From Clostridia bacterium (GTDB taxonomy: Bacteria; Bacillota; Clostridia; Christensenellales; CAG-138): a stretch of 64,000 nt of DNA. The notes below the pieces were generated by a model. That model searched no databases. It had not been told where the DNA came from and worked only from the letters and a program-made list of their open reading frames with translations. The position numbers and the translations under genes are program-made. Each line of letters starts with the position of its first letter. Position 1 is the first letter of the stretch. Below, in pieces: positions 40,259-49,080 of this stretch. Location: positions 910 to 64,909 of the forward strand of contig JAFWJN010000028.1 in NCBI GenBank assembly GCA_017514685.1, written 5' to 3'.

Positions 40259-41761
40259 GTGAAAACGATTCTCGAATATCTGGACAGACAGGCGGAACAG
40301 CGGCCGGATAAAGCCGCTTTCTGTGATGTGCAGGAACAGTTCACCTTTTCGGAGATTAAAAAGATTACGGATATCGTCGGATCGGTGCTGCTAAGGCACG
40401 GAGCAGCCAGAGAACCGGTGGCGGTTTTGCTGCCGCGTTCCGCGAAGATGCTGGCAGCGCTGCTGGGCGTCATGCGGGCTGGGTGCATCTATGTCCCGCT
40501 CGATCTAGAAATGGGAGAGCTCAGACTGAGTTCTGTTTTCCGTCAGGTTGAGCCCAGGTTTCTGATCTCTGACCGTGAGGGAATCAAAGCGGCGGATACC
40601 TTTGGATTCAGCGGCGAAGCGCTTGAAATCGATCTGGTGCTTTCGGAAGAACCCGAGAGAGAGAAAATCCGCGCTGCAGAGGAAAAGGTCCTGGATACGG
40701 ATGCGGCCTATATCGTGTTTACGAGCGGTTCGACCGGGGCGCCGAAAGGCGTCATCGGAAAGCACAGCGCCATGCTGGATTATGCAGAACAGCTGACCGC
40801 TGTTTTAAAGGTTCAGGAGTCTGATGTGTTCGGAATGCAAGCCCCGCTGTATGTTGACGCATGTCTGAAGGAACTGCTCTCCGTTCTGAAATGCGGAGCA
40901 TCGCTCTGGATCGTTCCCAGACAGTTGTTTTCTTCCCCGGTGCCGCTGGTAACGTTTCTGAAGGAACATGAGGTGACAACCGTTTGCTGGGTGGTTCCGG
41001 CCCTGATGCTGATCTCAGCCCTGCATACGTTTGATGAAATCATTCCGGACACGCTGAAAACGGTCGCGTTCGGAAGTGAAGTGTTCCCGGGAAAACAGCT
41101 GAAACTCTGGATGGATCATGTACCGGCCAGGTATATCAATCTTTACGGGCCGACGGAATGTACCGGGATGTCCTGCTGGTACGAAGTGCCGGCGACCTTC
41201 TCACAGGAGGACAGCATTCCGATCGGAAGACCTTTCGATAATACGGAAATTCTTCTGATCGATGAAAGCGGAGCTTTAGCGGAAGAAGGGGAAATCTGCA
41301 TCCGCGGAACCGCTGTATGCCATGGATATTGGAAGGATCCGGTCAGAACAGAGGCTGCGTTTGTACAGAATCCTCTTCAGAGCGCTTATCCGGAACGAAT
41401 CTACCGGACGGGAGACCGTGGAAGATGGAACAGCCGGGGAGAACTGGAATTTCTGGGTAGAATCGATAACCAGATCAAGCACATGGGACACAGGATCGAA
41501 CTGGGAGAACTGGAAGCCGCTGCGATGAAGATTGACGGTGTCACAGCCGCATGCGCCGCTTTCGATCCGCAGAGAAAACGCCTTGCGCTGGCATATACCG
41601 GCAATCTTACCAAAGAGGATCTGACAGCCGGACTGAGAACGATCATACCGGACTGGATGCTTCCATCCAAAACAATCCGGCTGGAGAAGATGCCGCTGAC
41701 GGCAAATGGGAAAACCGACCGCAGGCAAGTCTTTGCGCTTTGCTTTCAGAAAACAAAATAA
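40259..41761 (+). CDS. Standalone amino-acid adenylation enzyme (DltA/NRPS A-domain-like)
   Basis: YVPLD, FTSGSTGAPKG, NLYGPTE, YRTGD, GRIDNQIKHMGHRIELGELE and NGKTDR motifs. Confidence 0.9.
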   Translation: MKTILEYLDRQAEQRPDKAAFCDVQEQFTFSEIKKITDIVGSVLLRHGAAREPVAVLLPRSAKMLAALLGVMRAGCIYVPLDLEMGELRLSSVFRQVEPRFLISDREGIKAADTFGFSGEALEIDLVLSEEPEREKIRAAEEKVLDTDAAYIVFTSGSTGAPKGVIGKHSAMLDYAEQLTAVLKVQESDVFGMQAPLYVDACLKELLSVLKCGASLWIVPRQLFSSPVPLVTFLKEHEVTTVCWVVPALMLISALHTFDEIIPDTLKTVAFGSEVFPGKQLKLWMDHVPARYINLYGPTECTGMSCWYEVPATFSQEDSIPIGRPFDNTEILLIDESGALAEEGEICIRGTAVCHGYWKDPVRTEAAFVQNPLQSAYPERIYRTGDRGRWNSRGELEFLGRIDNQIKHMGHRIELGELEAAAMKIDGVTAACAAFDPQRKRLALAYTGNLTKEDLTAGLRTIIPDWMLPSKTIRLEKMPLTANGKTDRRQVFALCFQKTK

Positions 41762-41810
41762 TGGAATCTGCGGAAACAGATTGGAAAAAGGGATCATATA
41801 AGGAGCTATC

Positions 41811-42041
41811 ATGGAAACACTGCTGGACATTTTATCGGAACTGCATCCCGATGTTGATTTTTCAAAAGAGCAGAATCTCGTCGAACGGGGAATTCTGGGT
41901 TCTTTTGATATCGTGATGCTGGTCACGCGTATCGAGGAAGAATTCGATACCGTGATTCCGGCAAGACTGATTACGCCGGATACGTTCCGGTCTGCGGAAG
42001 CACTTTACTCGGTAATACAATCTTTGGAAGATAACGACTGA
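41811..42041 (+). CDS. Acyl/aminoacyl carrier protein (DltC-like)
   Basis: 76 aa acidic protein, L...GIL(G)SFDIV.L...EEEF...I....I.P..F.S; AAGGAG RBS. Confidence 0.88.
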   Translation: METLLDILSELHPDVDFSKEQNLVERGILGSFDIVMLVTRIEEEFDTVIPARLITPDTFRSAEALYSVIQSLEDND

Positions 42042-43618
42042 TGCTGTTTACATCCTGGGACTTTGCACTTTTCATTGCTGTGCTGGTGCCCGTCTACTAT
42101 CTGGTACCGAAACGCCTGCAACAGCCCGTGCTGCTGCTCGCAAATGTGGTTTTCTACGCATTTGCGGGTCTGTTTGCGTTTGTTCTGCTGTTTGCAACCG
42201 GGCTGAGCGTATATCTGTTCGCAATCGGAATCGGAAAAACGTGGACCACGCAGGAATCCGTTCTTCTGGAGCATAAAGGAGAGTGGGACAAGGCAAAGCG
42301 AAAAACTTTCCGGGAATCGATGGAAAAAAAGCGCCGTATTCTTACAGCGGTCTGTCTGATCCTTCACTTCGGCATTCTGGCGGCGATGAAATACGGAAGC
42401 GGATTGATCGGGATCACAAACACCCTGTTTGGAACAGGCTTTTCGGGAGCGGGACTTGTTCTTACCATGGGAGCGTCGTTCTATACGTTTTCCGCTATGG
42501 GCTATGTGATCGATGTTCAGAGGGGAAAGTACCCGGCTGAGAAGAATCCTTTGCGGGTTCTGCTGTATACTTCGTTCTTCCCGATACTGGTGCAGGGACC
42601 GATCAGCCGTTTTGACCGGCTGGGAGAGACTCTGTTCAAAACCCATTCCTTTCAGTGGGATCATCTGGAAGCTGGGCTGATCCGAGTGCTCTGGGGATAC
42701 GCAAAGAAACTTCTGGTCGCGGACAGGCTTTTAGTCGCAGTCAAACAACTGATCCGTTATCCGGAAACCTATAACGGGGCTTTCGTCCTGGTCGGCATGC
42801 TGCTGTATGCGGCAACGCTGTATGCGGATTTCACCGGCGGCATTGACATTACGATCGGAATCGGGAAAATGCTGGGGATTACGATAGACGAAAATTTCAA
42901 CCGTCCGTATTTCTCCAAGAATATCGCGGAATACTGGAGACGCTGGCATATGACGCTGGGCGCCTGGTTCAAGGAATATGTCTATTATCCGGTTTCCGTC
43001 AGCAAACTGCTCCGCAGGCTGACAAAAGCTGCGAGGCGGTTCGGGGACGGATTTGCCAGAAGGATTCCGGTTTACATCGCTACGATGGCAGTATGGGCTG
43101 TTACGGGCATGTGGCACGGAAATTCCTGGAATTTTCTGGTTTGGGGACTGATGAACGGCGCGATCCTGCTGATCAGTGAAGAACTGTCTCCGCTATATAA
43201 AAAGTTTCACGCCCGGTTTCCGGGACTTTCCAGGAACTGGTTCTACCGTGCGTTCACGGTGATCCGGACCGTTCTGCTGATGTCAAGTCTCCGCATGTTT
43301 GACTGCTATGCGACCGTGCCGGAAACATTCCGCTCGTTCGGCTCCATGTTCACGACCTGGAATCTGCCTCTTCTCTGGAGGGGAGGAATTGCATCATTAG
43401 GGCTTTCCGCTGCGGATTATGCGGTGGCGGGAGCGGGAATCATAACCATGTTCGTTGTCTCGCTGATCCAGAGAAAAGGGGCTCTCACCCCGAGATTGTT
43501 GGGCAAAAAGCTCGGCATACGGCTCCTGATTTATGGAACGTTGCTTGCTGTGATTCTGGTTTTCGGGTATTACGGATTCGGCTTTGACGCCGGTCAGTTC
43601 ATCTACAATCGGTTTTGA
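42041..43618 (+). CDS. MBOAT O-acyltransferase (DltB/AlgI-like) with C-terminal FIYNRF motif
   Basis: SFYTF, FFP.LVQGPI.R, YADFTG, ENFNRPY, WRRWH and GMWHG (catalytic His); coupled to the carrier gene (TGATG). Confidence 0.93.
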   Translation: MLFTSWDFALFIAVLVPVYYLVPKRLQQPVLLLANVVFYAFAGLFAFVLLFATGLSVYLFAIGIGKTWTTQESVLLEHKGEWDKAKRKTFRESMEKKRRILTAVCLILHFGILAAMKYGSGLIGITNTLFGTGFSGAGLVLTMGASFYTFSAMGYVIDVQRGKYPAEKNPLRVLLYTSFFPILVQGPISRFDRLGETLFKTHSFQWDHLEAGLIRVLWGYAKKLLVADRLLVAVKQLIRYPETYNGAFVLVGMLLYAATLYADFTGGIDITIGIGKMLGITIDENFNRPYFSKNIAEYWRRWHMTLGAWFKEYVYYPVSVSKLLRRLTKAARRFGDGFARRIPVYIATMAVWAVTGMWHGNSWNFLVWGLMNGAILLISEELSPLYKKFHARFPGLSRNWFYRAFTVIRTVLLMSSLRMFDCYATVPETFRSFGSMFTTWNLPLLWRGGIASLGLSAADYAVAGAGIITMFVVSLIQRKGALTPRLLGKKLGIRLLIYGTLLAVILVFGYYGFGFDAGQFIYNRF

Positions 43619-43624
43619 TCGAGT

Positions 43625-44668
43625 ATGAAGAAACAGTCCTTAAAAACGATCCTTTGCTGCCTTGCTGCGCTGCTGGTCTTCTGTGCCGGGTTCTGCCTGG
43701 TGCAGCGGCTTGTTATGCCGAAATATCAGGAGCGGACACCGGAAGGAAGTCTGACTGCGGAGTATTACAGAGAGAAACTGAACCATGATGTTCTTCTGAT
43801 CGGGGATTGCGAAGTCTTTTCCAATGTATCGCCGGTGACTCTGTATAACGAATACGGAATTGCTTCCTACATCCGCGGATCGGCACAGCAACTGGTTTGG
43901 CACTCCTATTACCTGCTGGAGGACGCTCTGAGAACAGAGAAGCCGAAAGTCGTGATCTACAATGTTCTGGCATTGAAATACGGAGAACCGCAGTCTGAGG
44001 CATATAACCGGATGACAATCGACGGAATGCGCTGGGGCAAAGCCAAAGCAGGAGCCATCAAAGCAAGCATTCTTCCGGAGGAAGACGTTGTTTCCTATGT
44101 TTTTCCGCTTTTCCGGTTCCATTCCAGATGGAGCGAACTGACGGAAGAGGACTGGAAGTATTTCTTCCGGGAAGGAACGGTTTCCCACAACGGATACCTG
44201 ATGAGGACGGACATACGGCCGGCAACTAAAACGCCGACGCCGGCGCCGCTTCTCGATCCGCATCTGCCTGCTTCCAGCATGGAATGGCTGGAAAGGATGT
44301 ATGAACTCTGTGAAAAGAACGATGTCCGGCTGATTCTTCTCAAGTCTCCGTCCATCGAACCTTACTGGTATGAAGAGTGGGACAAAGATGTCCGGGCGTT
44401 TGCGGATGCGCATGGAATCCTTTACTGGAACACTTTGCAGGTGAATGATGAGATCGGAATCGATTATTCCACCGACACCTGCGACATGGGACAGCATCTC
44501 AATGTGTACGGAGCGGAAAAACTGTCTCTGTGGCTTGGAAAAAAGCTTCAGGAAACGAATGAGATCCCTGACCGGAGAACCGATGAAACGTATGTTTCGG
44601 TCTGGGCGGAAAAAACGGAACGATATGAACGGGAAAAAGCATCGTCCGATGCGGAAAGAGAATCATAA
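43625..44668 (+). CDS. Membrane-anchored SGNH/DltD-like acyltransferase with Cys in block I
   Basis: N-terminal TM; DVLLIGDCE block I; FPLFRFHSRW; D-MGQ-HLN.YGA block V. Confidence 0.8.
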   Translation: MKKQSLKTILCCLAALLVFCAGFCLVQRLVMPKYQERTPEGSLTAEYYREKLNHDVLLIGDCEVFSNVSPVTLYNEYGIASYIRGSAQQLVWHSYYLLEDALRTEKPKVVIYNVLALKYGEPQSEAYNRMTIDGMRWGKAKAGAIKASILPEEDVVSYVFPLFRFHSRWSELTEEDWKYFFREGTVSHNGYLMRTDIRPATKTPTPAPLLDPHLPASSMEWLERMYELCEKNDVRLILLKSPSIEPYWYEEWDKDVRAFADAHGILYWNTLQVNDEIGIDYSTDTCDMGQHLNVYGAEKLSLWLGKKLQETNEIPDRRTDETYVSVWAEKTERYEREKASSDAERES

Positions 44669-44669
44669 C

Positions 44670-45194
44670 ATGAAAAAAACAGGAATCATCATTGCTGCAG
44701 CAATCATACTGGTCCTTTTTGCGGCCTGTGCAAAAACAGGAACCGCGGGAGTGGAGGAATCCGCTGTTTTCGTAGACCCGAACGCGGTCAAAGAAGGCGC
44801 ATACGGCAATCTGTACTTTGAAGCGGAAGGATTCCGCTTCGGTATTTACGATCCGATGGAGACCGTGCTGGAGCATGTTCCCTCCAATACCACCTTTACC
44901 GGGGAAAGCTGCGCATTTGAAGGCGAGGACCTTTTTTACTTCTTCAATGGATTTGAGGTCATGGCCAATCAGATCGACGGGAAGGAACGCGTTACCGGGA
45001 TCACGGTCACCGACGATACGGTAAAAACACCGGACGGTATTTATATCGGAATGCCGGAGGATCAGCTTCGGGAGATCATCGGAAAAGAGCCGGAGATCGG
45101 CGGGATCTATGTAACGATTGACGGAACCGCACAGCGCAATGTAACGGTCCAGGACGGAACGGTTGCTGCAATCGGATACGCTGCAGCTGACTGA
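44670..45194 (+). CDS. Lipoprotein of unknown function (true start 44670, not 44445)
   Basis: MKKTGIIIAAAIILVLFAA-C lipobox; T.DGIYIGM....L....G.EP module. Confidence 0.8.
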   Translation: MKKTGIIIAAAIILVLFAACAKTGTAGVEESAVFVDPNAVKEGAYGNLYFEAEGFRFGIYDPMETVLEHVPSNTTFTGESCAFEGEDLFYFFNGFEVMANQIDGKERVTGITVTDDTVKTPDGIYIGMPEDQLREIIGKEPEIGGIYVTIDGTAQRNVTVQDGTVAAIGYAAAD

Positions 45195-45219
45195 GAGAGC
45201 GTAAAGAAAATACAAATAT

Positions 45220-46647
45220 ATGAAACAGGGACAGCCCATCATACATCAGACTTCTCATGCGAAAGACATGAATCTTCTGGAAGGACCTCTTCTTGGAAAG
45301 GTCTTTCTGTTTTCGCTTCCTTTGATGGCAACGAACCTGCTTCAGGTCTTCTACAATGCCGCGGATATGATCATAGCGGGAATGTCCGGTGTTGACGGCG
45401 CGATCGGATCCATCGGAACCACCGCCGCCATGATCAACCTGATCCTGAATGTCTTCATGGGATTCGCAATCGGGACGAACGTCGTCGTGGCAAGGTATAT
45501 CGGAAGAGGCGACAGGGAAAAGGTCGAAAAAGCGGTTCACACATCACTGGTCATGGCGGCTATTTTCGGAACTCTGACAGCAATCCTCGGACAGGCGATC
45601 TGCCGGCCGGCACTCCGGCTGCTGGGAGATCAGGGGCACATCCTCGACCTGGCGACACTGTATACCAGAATTTATTTTGCCGGTGCGCCGTTCATGGCTG
45701 TCGCAAACTATCAGATTGCGATCTTCCGTGCAAAGGGCGATACCAGAACTCCGCTGTTTGTTCTGACGGGAACCGGCTTGCTGAATGTGCTGATGAACCT
45801 TTTCTTTGTGCTGGTCATGAAGATGTCGGTCGATGGTGTAGCGCTTGCGACGGTTTTGTCAAATGCTGTTTCAATGATCATTTTAGGAATTGTCCTGATG
45901 CGTGACAAGGGCATGTGCAAGCTCTCGCTGAAAAAACTCACAATGGACCGTTTCAGCTTTCGGGAGATTTTCAAGAACGGACTTCCGGCAGGTATTCAGG
46001 GAGGACTGTTCTCCCTGTCGAATATGATCATTCAGTCTGCGATCATCGGGATCAACAATACCGTATGCCCCGGAGGGTCGGATATCATCGACGGAAACGC
46101 CGCTGGAAGCAGTCTGGAATCCTTTGCCTATACGGCGACCAATTCCGTCTATCAGGCGGCAGTTACATTTACGAGTCAGCATTACGGCGCCGGAAAAATC
46201 AAGAGGATCGGTTCCGTTATGAGAAACTGCTATCTGGTCACAACGATTATAGCAGTGGTGGTTTCAGCGATTCTGATCGGGTTCCGGTATCCGCTGATCA
46301 GCATGTATGTCAGCGGAGAGCAGGCCGTATCTACGGCAACTACTCGTCTCTATGTAATGTGCAGCATGTATTTTCTGCTTGCATGGATGGAAGTCGGATC
46401 CGGAGTGCTGCGCGGATTGGGAAGGTCGTTTACTTCAACGATCATCACGCTGGCAGGCACCTGTGTTTTCAGAATTCTGTGGATCTGGCTGTTCGTTCCC
46501 CTGTTTCCGAACCTGGTTACGATCTATCTGTCCTATCCGATCTCATGGGGGATGACCGGGGCCATGCATCTGATCTTTTCCCTGAAAATCTGCAAAGACG
46601 AATTGCGAAAGCAGGTTGCAAAGCAGGATACAGAGGTATATAATTAA
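45220..46647 (+). CDS. MATE-family efflux transporter
   Basis: LQVFYNAAD, RAKGDT..PL, GVALAT and G.LRGLG motifs; about 12 TM. Confidence 0.92.
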   Translation: MKQGQPIIHQTSHAKDMNLLEGPLLGKVFLFSLPLMATNLLQVFYNAADMIIAGMSGVDGAIGSIGTTAAMINLILNVFMGFAIGTNVVVARYIGRGDREKVEKAVHTSLVMAAIFGTLTAILGQAICRPALRLLGDQGHILDLATLYTRIYFAGAPFMAVANYQIAIFRAKGDTRTPLFVLTGTGLLNVLMNLFFVLVMKMSVDGVALATVLSNAVSMIILGIVLMRDKGMCKLSLKKLTMDRFSFREIFKNGLPAGIQGGLFSLSNMIIQSAIIGINNTVCPGGSDIIDGNAAGSSLESFAYTATNSVYQAAVTFTSQHYGAGKIKRIGSVMRNCYLVTTIIAVVVSAILIGFRYPLISMYVSGEQAVSTATTRLYVMCSMYFLLAWMEVGSGVLRGLGRSFTSTIITLAGTCVFRILWIWLFVPLFPNLVTIYLSYPISWGMTGAMHLIFSLKICKDELRKQVAKQDTEVYN

Positions 46648-46674
46648 TCAGGAATATTAAATGGAGGTATTCAT

Positions 46675-46953
46675 ATGGAACAGATTCAGAATTCCCCTGA
46701 ACAGCAGGGACAGGCAAAAGGCGCAATGATCATGAGCATCGTAGGACTGGCATTGTCATCGACCGGTATCCCGGGTCTGATCGTATCTCTGATTGCACGT
46801 AAAAAATGCAAGGCCGCGGAAGCAGCGGGAGCAGCCGGCGGACAGATGAAAGCCGCAAACATCCTTTCCAAGATCGGTGTTCCGGTATCCATCGTATGCA
46901 CCGTGCTGTATGTGATCTCTTTTATTGCAGGTATCGCATCCCAGTTGAACTGA
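46675..46953 (+). CDS. Small two-TM membrane protein (DUF4190-like)
   Basis: GGAGG RBS; A..MSIVGL...GLIVS..A....GQMKAA.I...IG pattern. Confidence 0.7.
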   Translation: MEQIQNSPEQQGQAKGAMIMSIVGLALSSTGIPGLIVSLIARKKCKAAEAAGAAGGQMKAANILSKIGVPVSIVCTVLYVISFIAGIASQLN

Positions 46954-46970
46954 TTGAAACTTTTTCAAAC

Positions 46971-47026
46971 GGCACTCCTTCGGGAGTGCTTTTTTTGTAA
47001 AAAACGATCCCCGAGAACGGGGATCG
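46971..47026. terminator. Paired terminators ending the acylation locus (+) and the amylase gene (-)
   Basis: GGCACTCC-TTCG-GGAGTGCT-T6 and CGATCCCCG-AGAA-CGGGGATCG preceded by an A-run. Confidence 0.8.
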
Positions 47027-47044
47027 GTTGGAAACGGTAAGATT

Positions 47045-48337
47045 TTAGATTTCGCTATTCAGGAGGATGACCGGCTCCCCTTCCGACAGGATGGAACCCG
47101 ATTCAATGGCTACAGGTTCCGATCCCAGCAGATTCCGGTAAGCACCGTCCTCCAATGGAACCGAAACAGAGGATACTTTGCCTTTCAGATTGAAAATCCC
47201 GATGGCAATTCGATCTCCCAGCTGCCAGGAAGCAGTCAGGATGTCCTCTTCATGAGGCTCGATTGTATAGAACCCGTCTGAAAAGAGCGGGTCTTTTTTC
47301 ATCTGAACCAGTTTCTTGATAAATCCACTGAGTTCCGGCGTTCCGGAAAAATCGACCGGATCACTGTCAAACAGCGTTGGGGTGTGGGTGGGTGCCCATT
47401 CCTGCCCGCTGTACAGAAGAGGGATTCCCTTCTGGAAAAAGCACCACGCAAGCCAGTTCCGGCGGATCACCGGATCCGGGAACAGAGCTGCTGCTCTTGT
47501 CCGGTCATGGTTTTCCAGAAAACGCAGTTTGATATAGTCCACGGGATAAATCGCTTCCTGCCGCAGAAGAGCCTCCGTATATGCGGAAAGGGGAGCACGG
47601 TCCTGAACATACGCAAGAAAATCGTCATAGACATCATAATCATAGCAGATATCAAATGCCCGGTACAATTCACTGTCTGACAAAGCAGTCATACCGCGGA
47701 GGCGGTTATACCGGACAAATCCGAAATCCACGGATTCGGCAAGCCAGATGCAATCGGGACGGACTTTGGAAACTTCCTCCCTTGCTTTGAGCCAGAACCC
47801 GAGCGGAACCAGGGGCGCGACATCACAGCGGAATCCGTCCACAACGGCAGCCCACTGTTTCAGCGTTTCGATCTGATAATCCCACAGATCCTTTTTGCTG
47901 TAGTCAAGGTCGATGATGTCTGTCCAGTCTCCGATCCGGTTGCCAAAGGAACCGTCCGGCTTGTGATAGAACCACTCCGGATGGGTTTTCGCCAGTACGG
48001 AATCGGGGGAGGTATGATTGTATACCACATCGACCAGCAGCTTCATCCCGTTCTGATGAACGACATCCGCAAGATACAGGAAGTCATCCATCGTTCCGTA
48101 CTCGGGATTGACGGCACGGTAGTCGGAAATGGCATACGGGGAACCGAGAGAACCCTTTCTCTTTTCCTTCCCAATCGGATAGATGGGAAGAAGCCAGACC
48201 GCATCGACGCCAAGCTCGCGGATACGGGGAATATCGCGGGCGACCGCACGGAACGTGCCGCCGTGATTGCGGACAAAAATGGAATATAATGTACAGTTTC
48301 TGAGACCCATGACAAGCTCCTTAGATGTATTGGTCAT
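47045..48337 (-). CDS. GH13 alpha-amylase-family glycosidase (cytoplasmic; start may be 48310)
   Basis: GSPYAI.DY, DVVYNH, GFRCDVA, LAES and FLENHD catalytic motifs. Confidence 0.92.
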   Translation of the reverse strand: MTNTSKELVMGLRNCTLYSIFVRNHGGTFRAVARDIPRIRELGVDAVWLLPIYPIGKEKRKGSLGSPYAISDYRAVNPEYGTMDDFLYLADVVHQNGMKLLVDVVYNHTSPDSVLAKTHPEWFYHKPDGSFGNRIGDWTDIIDLDYSKKDLWDYQIETLKQWAAVVDGFRCDVAPLVPLGFWLKAREEVSKVRPDCIWLAESVDFGFVRYNRLRGMTALSDSELYRAFDICYDYDVYDDFLAYVQDRAPLSAYTEALLRQEAIYPVDYIKLRFLENHDRTRAAALFPDPVIRRNWLAWCFFQKGIPLLYSGQEWAPTHTPTLFDSDPVDFSGTPELSGFIKKLVQMKKDPLFSDGFYTIEPHEEDILTASWQLGDRIAIGIFNLKGKVSSVSVPLEDGAYRNLLGSEPVAIESGSILSEGEPVILLNSEI

Positions 48338-49046
48338 TCCTGGATTCCTTCTTAATTAATAAGAAGGAAAGGACAAACATGATGGCAATGAAGATGAGGA
48401 AATACCATCCGCTGCGGACGGAGTCCATTGAAGCAATAAAATCATAGGCACCGTGCAGAAGCGCGGGGATGACAATGGAAAGAACGGTGAAGAGCGTTGC
48501 AAGAGCGCTGTCTCCCTGGTTGGATGCTTTTTTCGCGCGTCCGTAGAAGACACCCATGAAGATTCCGAAGCAGGCGTGTCCCGGGATTGCGGTGAACGCC
48601 CGGATCAGTGCCGTGGAAAAACCATACTGCAGGACATAACTGATGTTTTCCCAGAGCGCGAACCCCAGGGAAACGAACAGCGCATAAAGGACGCCGTCAT
48701 ACTGACAATTGAATTCCGGGTGATTCCAGGTCCTTCTGCGGAGCATGAAGTATTTGGCACCTTCCTCGCTGAACGCCACGATTACAAAGTACAGGATCAC
48801 ATTGTAAGTCGTTTCATCGGAAGGATTGACGGCATCCAGAATCACATAGCCGATCTTTTCAAGAACGAGCGCAATCAGGGAAGAAAGAACGCCTGCAATG
48901 ATCACACGCCACAGAAGCGCGGGGCTTTCCGGTTCCAGACGGTCTGACCGGTAGGCTTTGAGCATCAGGAAGACCGCGGGAACAACGGCTGCAATGACCA
49001 GAATATAATTATAGGTAAGAAGAGGGGACAGCAGATAGTAGAACAT
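48321..49046 (-). CDS. prsW: PrsW-family intramembrane protease
   Basis: D..EPE, EEGAK, GFALWEN, H..F and LHG.YD motifs. Confidence 0.88.
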   Translation of the reverse strand: MFYYLLSPLLTYNYILVIAAVVPAVFLMLKAYRSDRLEPESPALLWRVIIAGVLSSLIALVLEKIGYVILDAVNPSDETTYNVILYFVIVAFSEEGAKYFMLRRRTWNHPEFNCQYDGVLYALFVSLGFALWENISYVLQYGFSTALIRAFTAIPGHACFGIFMGVFYGRAKKASNQGDSALATLFTVLSIVIPALLHGAYDFIASMDSVRSGWYFLIFIAIMFVLSFLLIKKESRNDQYI

Positions 49047-49080
49047 CGATACAATTCCTTTCCGTTTTGAGAATCATGAT

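Noticed and set aside
40259-44668. Calling the cluster a canonical dltABCD operon or an NRPS
   Set aside because: The pocket lacks DltA determinants, the MBOAT is AlgI-length with a fused motif, the SGNH has GDC, and there are no condensation or thioesterase domains
44445-44669. ORF-track N-terminal extension of the lipoprotein (similarly spoIID to 51050, rpsC from 57573, TG1 from 35883)
   Set aside because: Extensions overlap neighbouring genes or leaders; the signal peptide, RBS or promoter position supports the shorter starts
45915-46643. 242-aa alternate-frame ORF within the MATE gene
   Set aside because: Arg/Ser-rich off-frame composition; the MATE frame is intact
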